A stretch of DNA of 64,000 bases from an uncultured Oscillospiraceae bacterium. GTDB taxonomy: Bacteria; Bacillota; Clostridia; Oscillospirales; CAG-382. The position numbers were made by a program, and so were the translations under genes. Shown piece by piece: positions 19,026 through 28,144 of this stretch. Each line of letters opens with the position of its first letter. The stretch's first letter is position 1. The DNA lies in NCBI GenBank assembly GCA_964485815.1, contig CAZAJX010000005.1:193-64192 (forward strand), given 5' to 3'. A model generated the notes under the pieces. The model was not told where the DNA came from, made no database searches, and saw nothing but the letters and a program-made list of their open reading frames with translations.

Positions 19026-19967
19026 ATGGTAGAAAGCAAACACAAATGGAAAGCGTGGTTATATCTCGCTCCCGCCATTGTGCTGCTGTTGATATTTACC
19101 GTATGGCCTATAATCAACACGCTGAGAATGGCGTTTCTGGAAGGATATAACAGTATGTACGCCGCTGCCGGCGCAACGTTCAAGTTCGGTATCGGCAACT
19201 TCAAGCAGGTGCTTGCGTACAAGGACTTCCTCGTATGTCTTAAGAACACTATGCTGCTGTGCGTACTTACAGTTCCTATTTCAACCGTTCTGGCTCTGCT
19301 TATCGCCGTTGCGCTTAACTCCATAAAGCCGCTTCAGAAAATACTGCAGACCATCTTCTTCCTGCCCTACGTTACAAACTCCATCGCTATCGGTATGGTA
19401 TTTGCCGCTATGTTTAATATGGTCGGTTCTGCCTTCGGCGGTGAAAACGAGCTGATCATTACGGCAGGTATTGTAAACAATATTATCGAATTCTTCGGCG
19501 GAAGCCATATCAACTGGATAAACTCCGGCTCCACATATACCGCAAATATCGTGGTGCTGGTGGTATACACGGTATGGAATGCACTTCCCTTCAAAATACT
19601 TATTCTGCTGGGCGGACTGCAGAGTATAAACAAGCAGTATTACGATGCCGCCCGTGTAGACGGAACCAGCAGAAGCAGAGTATTTACAAGAATTACCGTT
19701 CCCCTTCTCTCACCTATGCTGGCATACGTTGTTATTACCGGCTTTATCGGCGGATTCAAGGAATATTCCAATATCGTAGGTATATTCGGCGAGGATATGG
19801 GCCCTGCAGGCGCACCTCTCAGCCTTAACACCATGGTAGGATTTATTTACGAATCGCTTGACAGCCACCAGGGACGCGCCAGCGCGGCAGCACTTATACT
19901 GTTTGCGATCATTTTTGTTGTAACCCTTATAAATCTTTGGGTCAGCAAAAAGAAAACGCATTATTAA
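19026..19967 (+). CDS. ABC transporter permease (MalF/UgpA-like)
   Basis: 6 TM segments, EAA-type loop AARVDGTSRSRVFTRITVPLL. Starts 1 nt after the ATPase stop codon. Confidence 0.9.
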   Translation: MVESKHKWKAWLYLAPAIVLLLIFTVWPIINTLRMAFLEGYNSMYAAAGATFKFGIGNFKQVLAYKDFLVCLKNTMLLCVLTVPISTVLALLIAVALNSIKPLQKILQTIFFLPYVTNSIAIGMVFAAMFNMVGSAFGGENELIITAGIVNNIIEFFGGSHINWINSGSTYTANIVVLVVYTVWNALPFKILILLGGLQSINKQYYDAARVDGTSRSRVFTRITVPLLSPMLAYVVITGFIGGFKEYSNIVGIFGEDMGPAGAPLSLNTMVGFIYESLDSHQGRASAAALILFAIIFVVTLINLWVSKKKTHY

Positions 19968-19982
19968 GGGAGGTAAAACGCT

Positions 19983-20870
19983 ATGGCTAACCTTAAAACT
20001 ATGGGCGAGAAAAACCTCCGCAGCGTATCCGCAAAGCAATTGGTGGGAAAGACGTTTTATAAGTTCCTTGTATACGCCTTTCTTATCATTATGGCGGTAA
20101 TAGTTCTGTTCCCCTTTTACTGGATGCTTATATCATCCGTAAAATCTCTTGACGAATACCGTCTTTCCGTTCCCACCCTGTTCCCCCGCGAAATACTGTG
20201 GGGCAACTACATTCAGGCGTTCAACCAAGCCACGTTGGGCAAGCTGTTTTTGAACACCCTTTACGTCGGCGTGGTATCCACCCTGCTTTCCCTCGTTATC
20301 ACCGTGCTTTCCGCTTTTGCTTTTGCACGTCTTGAGTTCAAGGGCAAAAACGCATTGTTCGCCGCACTTCTCGGCACAATGATGATCCCCGGTGAATTGT
20401 TCACCATCACCAACTACGCCACGGTAAATGCTTTCGGATGGATGAATTCCTTTACGGTATTGATCGTTCCCTTCCTCGTAAGCGTATTTTACATTTATCT
20501 GCTGCGTCAGAACTTTATGCAGATACCCGATGAGCTTTATCTTGCCGCAAAGGTTGACGGTACAAGCGACCTTAAGTACCTTTGCAAGGTAATGATCCCC
20601 TTGGCGCTTCCCACGCTTATATCCATTACCATTCTTAAGATGATGGGTGCGTGGAACTCTTACATCTGGCCCAGACTGGTTGCAAACGATGCGGACCATC
20701 AGCTTATTACCAACGGTCTGCGCAATGCATTTACCGATGCCAGCGGCGACGTAAATATTCCCGTTCAGATGGCGGCGGTCGCCATAGTATCTTTCCCGCT
20801 GTTCCTGGTGTTCGTATTCCTTCGTAAGTATATTATGAAGGGCGTATCAAGAAGCGGTATCAAAGGATAA
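19983..20870 (+). CDS. ABC transporter permease (MalG/UgpE-like)
   Basis: EAA loop AAKVDGTSDLKYLCKVMIPLA, GGAGG RBS. Confidence 0.9.
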   Translation: MANLKTMGEKNLRSVSAKQLVGKTFYKFLVYAFLIIMAVIVLFPFYWMLISSVKSLDEYRLSVPTLFPREILWGNYIQAFNQATLGKLFLNTLYVGVVSTLLSLVITVLSAFAFARLEFKGKNALFAALLGTMMIPGELFTITNYATVNAFGWMNSFTVLIVPFLVSVFYIYLLRQNFMQIPDELYLAAKVDGTSDLKYLCKVMIPLALPTLISITILKMMGAWNSYIWPRLVANDADHQLITNGLRNAFTDASGDVNIPVQMAAVAIVSFPLFLVFVFLRKYIMKGVSRSGIKG

Positions 20871-20919
20871 CAGCCAATCCATTTTGGCATCACATATCAA
20901 AAGATCAAAGGAGAAAAAA

Positions 20920-22350
20920 ATGAAAGCAAACAGAATTATATCTTTCATTCTCGTTGCGGTTATGTGCTTGGGCGTTTTCGCTCTCACAGGCTGTAACAAC
21001 ACTTCGGTCGCTTCCGACCTCGTTATCCCCGAAAACGGATTTGACACCACAACTCCCGTAACCATTACCTTCTATCACACCATGGGCGCAAATCTTCGTG
21101 ACGTTCTCGATTATTATATCGTAGAATTCAACAAGCTTTACCCCAACATCACCGTTCAGCACGAGCAGGTTGGCTCTTACGATGACGTTCGTGATCAGAT
21201 AAAGACCGAGATCACCGTAGGCAACCAGCCCAATATCGCTTACTGCTATCCCGACCACGTTGCGCTTTACAATATGGCGCAGGCTGTTCAGACTCTTGAC
21301 GTGCTGATCGAAAGCGAGATCGAGGTCACCAGAGCAGACGGAACTACCGAAATACTCGGTCTTACCGATGCACAGAAGGACGATTTTATTAAGGGTTATT
21401 ACGAAGAAGGTCAGCAGTTCGGCGACGGACTTATGTACACCCTTCCCCTTTCCAAGTCTACCGAAGTTCTTTACTACAACAAGACATTCTTTAACAAGCA
21501 CGGTCTTACCGTTCCCACCACTTGGGACGAAATGGAAAAGCTTTGCGAAGAGATCAAAAAGATCGATCCCGACTGTATCCCTCTCGGCTATGACTCCGAA
21601 TCCAACTGGTTTATCACTCTTTGCGAGCAGAGCGGCTCTCCCTACACCAGCGCAGGCGATGATCACTTCCTCTTTGACCACCAGACCAACTACGATTTCG
21701 TTGCACGCTTCAGAACCTGGTATCAGAAGGGCTACGTAACCACTCAGGAGCTTTCCGGCGGTTACACCTCCGAACTGTTCACCAAGGCTGAATCCGAAGC
21801 AGGTAACAGCTATATGTCTATCGGCTCTTCCGCAGGTGCAACTCACCAGCGTCCCGATAAGGTTGACGAAGCTTATCCCTTTGAAGTAGGCATCGCTACC
21901 ATTCCCCAGATCAATCCCGAAGATCCCAAGGTTATCTCTCAGGGTCCTTCTCTCTGTATCTTCAAGAAGGCTGATCCTCAGGAAGTTATCGCATCCTGGC
22001 TGTTTGTAAAGTATCTTACCACCACCGTTGAATTCCAGGCTGAATTCTCTATGGCTTCCGGTTACGTTCCCGTAATCAAATCCGTAGGCGAAAACGCTAT
22101 TTACAAGAACGAATTCCTTGATAAGGCTGACGGCGGCGACTTTATTTCCGCACTCAGCGCAAAGATCTGTCTGGAGCAGGAAGACGCTTACTACACCTCT
22201 CCCGCATTCAACGGCTCCTCCACCGCCCGTGACCAGGTCGGTCTGCTTATGCAGAAATGCTTATCCGCAAACTGGGGCAGCGATGTGGAAGAACAGATAA
22301 AGAAAGCCTTTGAAGATGCTATTGCCGAATGTGAATATCAGGCAGGTTAA
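20920..22350 (+). CDS. extracellular solute-binding lipoprotein (SBP family 1), substrate unknown
   Basis: Lipobox LTGC. ATG at 20920 after AAAGGAGA. Family-1 SBP-like sequence. Confidence 0.88.
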   Translation: MKANRIISFILVAVMCLGVFALTGCNNTSVASDLVIPENGFDTTTPVTITFYHTMGANLRDVLDYYIVEFNKLYPNITVQHEQVGSYDDVRDQIKTEITVGNQPNIAYCYPDHVALYNMAQAVQTLDVLIESEIEVTRADGTTEILGLTDAQKDDFIKGYYEEGQQFGDGLMYTLPLSKSTEVLYYNKTFFNKHGLTVPTTWDEMEKLCEEIKKIDPDCIPLGYDSESNWFITLCEQSGSPYTSAGDDHFLFDHQTNYDFVARFRTWYQKGYVTTQELSGGYTSELFTKAESEAGNSYMSIGSSAGATHQRPDKVDEAYPFEVGIATIPQINPEDPKVISQGPSLCIFKKADPQEVIASWLFVKYLTTTVEFQAEFSMASGYVPVIKSVGENAIYKNEFLDKADGGDFISALSAKICLEQEDAYYTSPAFNGSSTARDQVGLLMQKCLSANWGSDVEEQIKKAFEDAIAECEYQAG

Positions 22351-22359
22351 TGAACTTAT

Positions 22360-23691
22360 ATGAACAAGATTTTTAACCAAAAGATTTATTCCCTTTTACT
22401 CGCGGTTGCTATGCTTTTGTGCCTGGCAGCCTGCGGACCCACCGATGAGGTTTCCAACCAAAGCGGTCATATCGATTACGCCGCTTCAATTACGTTGGAT
22501 ATGAACTCATCCACGCTTAAACAAGAAGTTACGGTACACGCTTATATCGACGGCGACACCACCCACTTCAAAGTTCCCTCTTCGGTTATTCCCGGCGGTA
22601 TTCTGAAAGCCAGATATCTTGCCATAAACACTCCCGAATCTACCGGTAAAATAGAGGAATGGGGAAAAACCGCGGCGAATTACACAAAGCAGGTATTGCT
22701 TGATGCACAGTCCATTATCGTTGAATCCGATGACGATAAATGGAATGCAGACTCCACCGGAAGCAGATATCTGGTTTGGGTATGGTACAAGCCTCAGGGC
22801 AGCGACCAATACCGCAATCTGAATATCGAGATACTTCAGCAGGGTCTTGCGGTTGCTTCCAATTCCGCAAACAACCGTTACGGCGAAACCTGTATGAACG
22901 CACTTAATCAGGCAAAGACGGAACAGCTGCACGTTCACTCCGGTAAGCAGGATCCCAACTTCCCTTACGGAGAGGCAACCGAGCTTACCTTGAGAGAGCT
23001 TCGTACCAAGATAACCGAATATGATAACTGCAAGGTAGCTTTTGAAGGCGTTATTACAAAGAACAACAATAACACCTGCTACGTAGAAGAATACGATCCC
23101 GAAAGCGGTCTTTACTACGGTATGACCATTTATTACGGATACAGCCTTAACGGCGCAGGTCTGCAGATACTTTCCGTAGGCAACAGAGTCCGTATAGTAG
23201 GCACGGTTCAGTATTACGAAACCGGCGGAACGTATCAGGTTTCCGGTCTGGAATATTCCATGATGCGTCCCGACGATCCCGCAAATATCCAAAAGATAAG
23301 CGACGGACACTCCCCCGCATACGTTTTGACCGATCCCGCAACATTTAATGACGGCAAGGTAGAGCTGGTTATCGACGATGCCGCTAAAACCTTCGGCTAC
23401 GCAGAGCTGGCTATTTACACCTCCGTTGAAATGACCGACCTTAAGGTAGTGGACACCTACACTACCACAAACGAAGAAAGCTCCTCCAAGGGCGCTATCA
23501 CTCTCACCTGCAAGGCAGGGGACGAAACTATTTCCGTAAGAACCATAGTTTTGTACGATGAGGACGGCAATCTTATAACGGCGGATCTTTTTGAAGGAAA
23601 GACGATATCCGTAAAAGGATTGGTAGATTACTTTGACGGAACCTACCAGATCAAGGTCTTCTCCGTTAACGATATTACGATTTCTGATTAA
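22360..23691 (+). CDS. secreted thermonuclease (staphylococcal nuclease, SNase) lipoprotein with C-terminal OB-fold-like domains
   Basis: Lipobox LAAC. YIDGDTTHFKV...ARYLAINTPES...YRNLNIEILQQGLA matches the SNase catalytic core. 9 nt after the SBP stop. Confidence 0.85.
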   Translation: MNKIFNQKIYSLLLAVAMLLCLAACGPTDEVSNQSGHIDYAASITLDMNSSTLKQEVTVHAYIDGDTTHFKVPSSVIPGGILKARYLAINTPESTGKIEEWGKTAANYTKQVLLDAQSIIVESDDDKWNADSTGSRYLVWVWYKPQGSDQYRNLNIEILQQGLAVASNSANNRYGETCMNALNQAKTEQLHVHSGKQDPNFPYGEATELTLRELRTKITEYDNCKVAFEGVITKNNNNTCYVEEYDPESGLYYGMTIYYGYSLNGAGLQILSVGNRVRIVGTVQYYETGGTYQVSGLEYSMMRPDDPANIQKISDGHSPAYVLTDPATFNDGKVELVIDDAAKTFGYAELAIYTSVEMTDLKVVDTYTTTNEESSSKGAITLTCKAGDETISVRTIVLYDEDGNLITADLFEGKTISVKGLVDYFDGTYQIKVFSVNDITISD

Positions 23692-23711
23692 TTTTGAAAG
23701 GAAAGCATATA

Positions 23712-26012
23712 ATGAAGAAATTTTTAGCAATCCTGTTGGCAGTTCTTATGTGCTGCGGTATTATGGCTTCCTGCTCGGACAAGACCGAAGGTCCCGACTT
23801 GGCAGATGCGCTTTCTTACCTCAAGAGCCTTTACAAGGACAGCGCAAAGGAAACTCCCACCGATTACGACGTTGTAGGTAAGATACTTATTAACAACACC
23901 GTAGAATTCACGGTTACCTGGGAAAGCGATAACGAAAACGTTACTGTAAAAGAAAGCAGCAGAAACGGATTTTTCACTATCGACGTTCCCGATAAGACCG
24001 AAGCGGAAATTCCTTACGTTCTCACCGCAACCATTAAGGACGCAGACGGCAACACCGAAGCCACTACCTTTGAAAAGGTCGTTCCCATTGTTGATAATAC
24101 CGCAGTAGTAAGCGCACCCGAGGAAGGCGTTGAATACGCACTTTATCTCGTTCACACCTCTCTGGGCAAAACCCTTTACGCTACTCACGAGCTCCAGAAC
24201 AACAAATTTATCGTTACCACCACCGATCCCAAGGAAGCTCCCGCTTTCTTTGCAGAGGTTGTTGAAGGCGGCTACAAGTTCTATACTATGATAGATGACG
24301 TTAAGAACTACGTTACCGCTTCCGTTGTAAAGACCGAAGAAGGAAATTACAGCAAGTATATCAATTACGGCACAGAAGGCTCCGTATGGTATTACAACAC
24401 CGAATGCAACGCTTGGATGACTATGGTTGAGGGCGGCGAATACGTAATGGGTACTTACAGCTCTTATACCACAATTTGTATTTCCGAATCCAGCTATATA
24501 ACTCCCGAAAACAGCGGTGTATCCCAGTTCCCCGCAGTTCTTATTAAGAAAGAAGCTGCAGAGAATATGGGCCCCGCCGAAGAAGTTGAGATTTACGAAA
24601 CCGCGCAGGATATCGTAAACGAGGCTTACAAGCTTGAAGCAGGCGCATACCTTTCCGGCGGACACAAGTACACCCTCACCGGTGTGATCACCAAGGTGGA
24701 CAGCGCGTACAGCGCACAGTACGGCAACGTAACCGTAACCATCGTTGTTGACGGTATGGACGATAAGCCCATCCAGTGCTTCCGTGCCTCCGGCGACGGC
24801 GCAGATATTATCGACGTTGGCAATACCATTACCGTAACCGGTCCTATCGTTAACTATGCAAAGAAGGATGATAGCGGAAATATAACCTCTACCATCATCG
24901 AAATGGAATATCCTACACTTGATTCTCACGATGCAGTAGCTTCCGATGATCCCGATGATACCTCCAAGCCCGACGGAGATACCTCCGAGCCCGAAAACAA
25001 CGATACCCCTTCCGAAGCACCCCAGAACAAGACTATAAAGGATATACTGGGCATCAAAGAAGGCAGCGAGCCTTCCTATGAAGTTATTGTAACCGGCGTT
25101 GTTGATGAGATCACCAATACCACTTGGGGCAATATGTATATCAAGGATGCAGACGGCAACAAGCTTCTTATCTACGGTCTGTACGATGCAAACGGCAACA
25201 CCAGATACGATGCTATGGCTAAAAAGCCCGCAGTAGGCGATACCGTTACCGTTCAGGCTCCCGTTTCTTTCTTTAACGGACAGGTACAGCTTAAGAACGC
25301 AAAGCTTAAAGACCTCACTTCCGGCGGCGGTTCTACTACCGATCCCGGCGATGAACCCGGCGATAATCCCAATGATACACCTGCAACCGGCAACACCACG
25401 CCTATTGCAGATATTCTTAAGTATACCGAAGGCAATGCACCTACTACCGAAATTTTCGTAAGCGGCACCGTTGTTGAAGTAGCCAGCACCACCTGGGGCA
25501 ACATTTACATAACCGACGGTAAAGGCAACAACCTCTACCTTTACGGCACTTACGATGAAGATGGCAACAGATACGATGCCTTTGAAGTAAAGCCCACAAA
25601 GGGTGATATAATCAAGGTAAAGGGCACTATCTCCTTCTTCAACGGTGTTCCCCAGATAAAGAACGCTGTTCTCGTAGAGCACACCGTAAAGGAATATGAA
25701 CCCGGCGAGCCCCAGAACGCTACTATCGCAGAAGTTCTCGCGCTTACCGATTTTATTGATCATCCCGTTATCGTAACCGGTACTATCACCAAAACCTACG
25801 GTGAGAATTGGGCTACGTACGGTAACTTCTATATTACCGACGGAAACGGCAACGAGCTTCTCATCTACGGTTTGTACGATGAGAACAACACCAGATACGA
25901 TAAGATGGACGTTCAGCTTGAGGTTGGCGACACTATCACCGTTCAGAGCGAAGTATCCTTCTATAATAAGGTTCCTCAGCTTAAGAACGCCACTCTGCTT
26001 GAAGTAGAATAA
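23712..26012 (+). CDS. surface lipoprotein with four tandem OB-fold-like (YhcR-type) modules, candidate nucleic-acid binding
   Basis: Lipobox MASC. Three about 95-aa repeats of TWGN-YI-D--GN-L-IYG-YD...FFNG-PQ-KNA-L plus one divergent copy. Confidence 0.72.
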   Translation: MKKFLAILLAVLMCCGIMASCSDKTEGPDLADALSYLKSLYKDSAKETPTDYDVVGKILINNTVEFTVTWESDNENVTVKESSRNGFFTIDVPDKTEAEIPYVLTATIKDADGNTEATTFEKVVPIVDNTAVVSAPEEGVEYALYLVHTSLGKTLYATHELQNNKFIVTTTDPKEAPAFFAEVVEGGYKFYTMIDDVKNYVTASVVKTEEGNYSKYINYGTEGSVWYYNTECNAWMTMVEGGEYVMGTYSSYTTICISESSYITPENSGVSQFPAVLIKKEAAENMGPAEEVEIYETAQDIVNEAYKLEAGAYLSGGHKYTLTGVITKVDSAYSAQYGNVTVTIVVDGMDDKPIQCFRASGDGADIIDVGNTITVTGPIVNYAKKDDSGNITSTIIEMEYPTLDSHDAVASDDPDDTSKPDGDTSEPENNDTPSEAPQNKTIKDILGIKEGSEPSYEVIVTGVVDEITNTTWGNMYIKDADGNKLLIYGLYDANGNTRYDAMAKKPAVGDTVTVQAPVSFFNGQVQLKNAKLKDLTSGGGSTTDPGDEPGDNPNDTPATGNTTPIADILKYTEGNAPTTEIFVSGTVVEVASTTWGNIYITDGKGNNLYLYGTYDEDGNRYDAFEVKPTKGDIIKVKGTISFFNGVPQIKNAVLVEHTVKEYEPGEPQNATIAEVLALTDFIDHPVIVTGTITKTYGENWATYGNFYITDGNGNELLIYGLYDENNTRYDKMDVQLEVGDTITVQSEVSFYNKVPQLKNATLLEVE
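25032..26009 (+). repeat. three tandem intragenic repeats (about 285 nt each, joined by G/D/P/T-rich linkers)
   Basis: Units start near 25032, 25401 and 25722. Roughly half the residues are identical, judged by eye. Confidence 0.7.
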
Positions 26013-26033
26013 AAACCATTCAAATAATAACAG

Positions 26034-26059
26034 CCCCGCATATCGCGGGGTTGTTTTTT
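26034..26059 (+). terminator. rho-independent terminator of the ABC/nuclease operon
   Basis: ccccgc/gcgggg stem with 5-nt loop followed by ttgtttttt. Confidence 0.7.
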
Positions 26060-26067
26060 GCAATTAC

Positions 26068-26096
26068 TTGACGAAACGGAAATAATGATATACAAT
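26068..26096 (+). promoter_or_regulatory. putative promoter (TTGACG-17-TACAAT) of the RNase gene
   Basis: ttgacg at 26068-26073, 17-nt spacer, tacaat at 26091-26096. Confidence 0.5.
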
Positions 26097-26121
26097 ATAA
26101 AGCAGAGGTGAGTGTATTTTT

Positions 26122-27288
26122 ATGGAACGGACACGCCGTTTTACTGCTTTTATAATAACGCTTGTAATTATCGTTTCCCTTTGCTCCTGCGGACAGAACG
26201 ATATACAATTATCCGAGCTGAATATAACCAACTGTGAAAATACCACTCTGGAAACGGGAATAACCCTGCTTCTTGAAACGGATGCGCCCGAGGAATTGAA
26301 GGACGATCTGTTGTGGATAGCTTCAAGCGATTCCGTTACGGTGGACGGCACGGGACTGGTAACAGCCATGGAAGAAGGAACGGCGGCGGTAACTGTAAGC
26401 TATAAAGAGCTTCGGGACACCGTAATAATTTACGTTGTTGCCCCGAGTGAGGATAAAGAAGATTTAAACCTATCTGTAAATACCGAGGCGAGAGATGCCT
26501 TTTACGGGGACAGCGACCCTGCGGACAGCTATGAGGAAGCTTTGGAAAGATCTGAAAAAGGTATACTCTCCGGTGCGGAAAAAGTGCCCGACCAAGCGCC
26601 CGTGCTCGCCCTTTATATGCCTATGAAAAACGAAATGTACATACGGAACAACGTTCCCTATTTTGCCGATGAAAACACCTACGTTGTTGTGAATTACCGC
26701 GGCGAAGAGGTGTTCAGAGTGTACCGCGGAGGGGGTTACATTACCCTTGAAGAGGTTGCGGCATACGTTTTTGCTTTTGGTGATATTCCCGCTAATTACG
26801 TTTCAAGTAAAAGGACAGACCCTAAAAACAGCATTTGGGGCGAGAATTTAAGGCTGAACCACTCCAAGTTCAGCGGCAACACAAACAAGTATCCCTACGA
26901 GCCCGAGCTTCCCGAGATAAGCGGTTGCGGCGGTAATCTGCAATACTATGAGCTTGATGTCGGCACTACGGGTACGGATTGCGACCCCAGCTACTCTATA
27001 AAAACATATAATGACGGAAAGCGTATAACCCGCGGTGCGGCACGAATCGTATACACCGCCTGCGACGTTAACGGCAACGATATTATTGATATAAACGAAA
27101 AATATCTGTTTTACACTTATAACCATTATAACGATTTTCAGGAATACCTGAATTACTACGGCGGCTGGGGAGAAATGTTCGGTAACATTACCGGCGGCGG
27201 ACAGCTTTCATCAAAAAGCTATTACAACCCCACTCCCTACGTTCCCGTTATATACGACGATATTCGCAATTACAACGAAGCAGCATAA
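26122..27288 (+). CDS. secreted lipoprotein: Big_2-like Ig domain plus C-terminal barnase/RNase N1-family ribonuclease domain
   Basis: Lipobox LCSC. LLWIASSDSVTVDGTGLVTA is Big_2-like. The C-terminus aligns by eye to barnase: FGDIPANYVS (barnase LPDNYIT), YYELDV (catalytic Glu), RGAARIVYT (RNSDRILYS), TYNHYNDF (TTDHYQTF, catalytic His). Confidence 0.72.
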   Translation: MERTRRFTAFIITLVIIVSLCSCGQNDIQLSELNITNCENTTLETGITLLLETDAPEELKDDLLWIASSDSVTVDGTGLVTAMEEGTAAVTVSYKELRDTVIIYVVAPSEDKEDLNLSVNTEARDAFYGDSDPADSYEEALERSEKGILSGAEKVPDQAPVLALYMPMKNEMYIRNNVPYFADENTYVVVNYRGEEVFRVYRGGGYITLEEVAAYVFAFGDIPANYVSSKRTDPKNSIWGENLRLNHSKFSGNTNKYPYEPELPEISGCGGNLQYYELDVGTTGTDCDPSYSIKTYNDGKRITRGAARIVYTACDVNGNDIIDINEKYLFYTYNHYNDFQEYLNYYGGWGEMFGNITGGGQLSSKSYYNPTPYVPVIYDDIRNYNEAA

Positions 27289-27296
27289 AAAGCATC

Positions 27297-27429
27297 CCCC
27301 ACAAATGCTGTTTGCATTTGCGGGGACCCCGAAAATAAAAAAAAGTACCCCAAGAAAACTATCGTTTTCTTGGGGACCCCGAAAATAAAAAATCACCCCA
27401 AGAAGATTTTTACTTCTTGGGGTTTTTGG
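27297..27429. repeat. three tandem hairpins with a 50-bp period. Two carry the GGGGACCCCGAAAATAAAAAA tail and the last acts as a bidirectional terminator
   Basis: Stems at 27297-27308/27314-27325, 27348-27359/27364-27375 and 27396-27405/27413-27422. The tail is repeated at 27322 and 27372. Confidence 0.8.
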
Positions 27430-27430
27430 T

Positions 27431-28144
27431 TTATTTAAGGCGTTCAAGAACCTTATGGTCGGTTTTATCGTAAGTGAGAGGCGTAACGGAGATATAACCG
27501 CTTAAAACCGCGTCTATATCCACGTCAAGGCTATCGAATTCCCGCATTACGGGACCGCCGAACTGCTGATATTCGTCCCCTTCCATATGAACGAACTCAT
27601 CTGTATAAAACATTTGTCCCATTCGGGTAAGGCGTATTCCCTTTGCGGGAGAATGGGGAATGTTTACGTTAAAAAGATTACCGTAGCTGAACAGAGATCT
27701 TGCAAAGAAAAACTGCAGGATCATATCAAAATACTTTGGCGCATCCATAAGGATTTCAAAATCCGTAGATACGGCAACGCCTTTTATACCGTAGCGGCTT
27801 CCTTCAAGTACTGCGCCCACGGTGCCGGAATAAGATACGTCCCAGCCAAGATTATATCCTCTGTTAACTCCCGAAATGAGGAAATCGTATTTTCCCTTAA
27901 GTCCCGTAACGGCGAACCGCACGCAGTCTGCGGGGGTAGATGCCACGCTGTAGCACTCTACGCCGTCAACAAGATTCACTTTTTTAACCTCTATACGGTT
28001 GCGGAAATCTATGCTCTGGCTTTTTGCGCTTTGCTCTGTTTTGGGTGCGACAAGAGTTACCTCCCCGAACTGCTTTGCCCAATTTGCCAAGACGGGCAGT
28101 ATGGGAGATTCGATTCCGTCATCGTTGGTTATAAGAATTCTCAT
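27431..28144 (-). CDS. surE: 5'/3'-nucleotidase SurE
   Basis: MRILITNDDG N-terminus. ATGA overlap with the upstream stop codon (alternative ATG at 28150). Confidence 0.9.
   Translation of the reverse strand: MRILITNDDGIESPILPVLANWAKQFGEVTLVAPKTEQSAKSQSIDFRNRIEVKKVNLVDGVECYSVASTPADCVRFAVTGLKGKYDFLISGVNRGYNLGWDVSYSGTVGAVLEGSRYGIKGVAVSTDFEILMDAPKYFDMILQFFFARSLFSYGNLFNVNIPHSPAKGIRLTRMGQMFYTDEFVHMEGDEYQQFGGPVMREFDSLDVDIDAVLSGYISVTPLTYDKTDHKVLERLK

Noticed and set aside
17936-21846. 312-aa, 188-aa and 313-aa minus-strand ORFs across the ABC transporter genes
   Set aside because: Shadow ORFs opposite genes with Walker, EAA-loop and SBP signatures.
22507-26063. 407-aa and 779-aa ORFs antisense to the SNase and OB-repeat lipoprotein genes
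   Set aside because: Same codon-usage artefact. The sense-strand products have lipoboxes, catalytic motifs and repeats, and the antisense products have none.
27297-27429. Considered whether the 50-bp periodic hairpins are a tiny CRISPR array
   Set aside because: Only 2.5 units are present. The 'spacers' (tails) are identical while the 'repeats' (stems) vary, which is the opposite of CRISPR. No cas genes are in the window.
26013-27430. Looked for a barstar-like inhibitor gene next to the barnase-family RNase
   Set aside because: No ORF of suitable size or composition exists on either strand. The flanks are a terminator, a promoter and the hairpin array.
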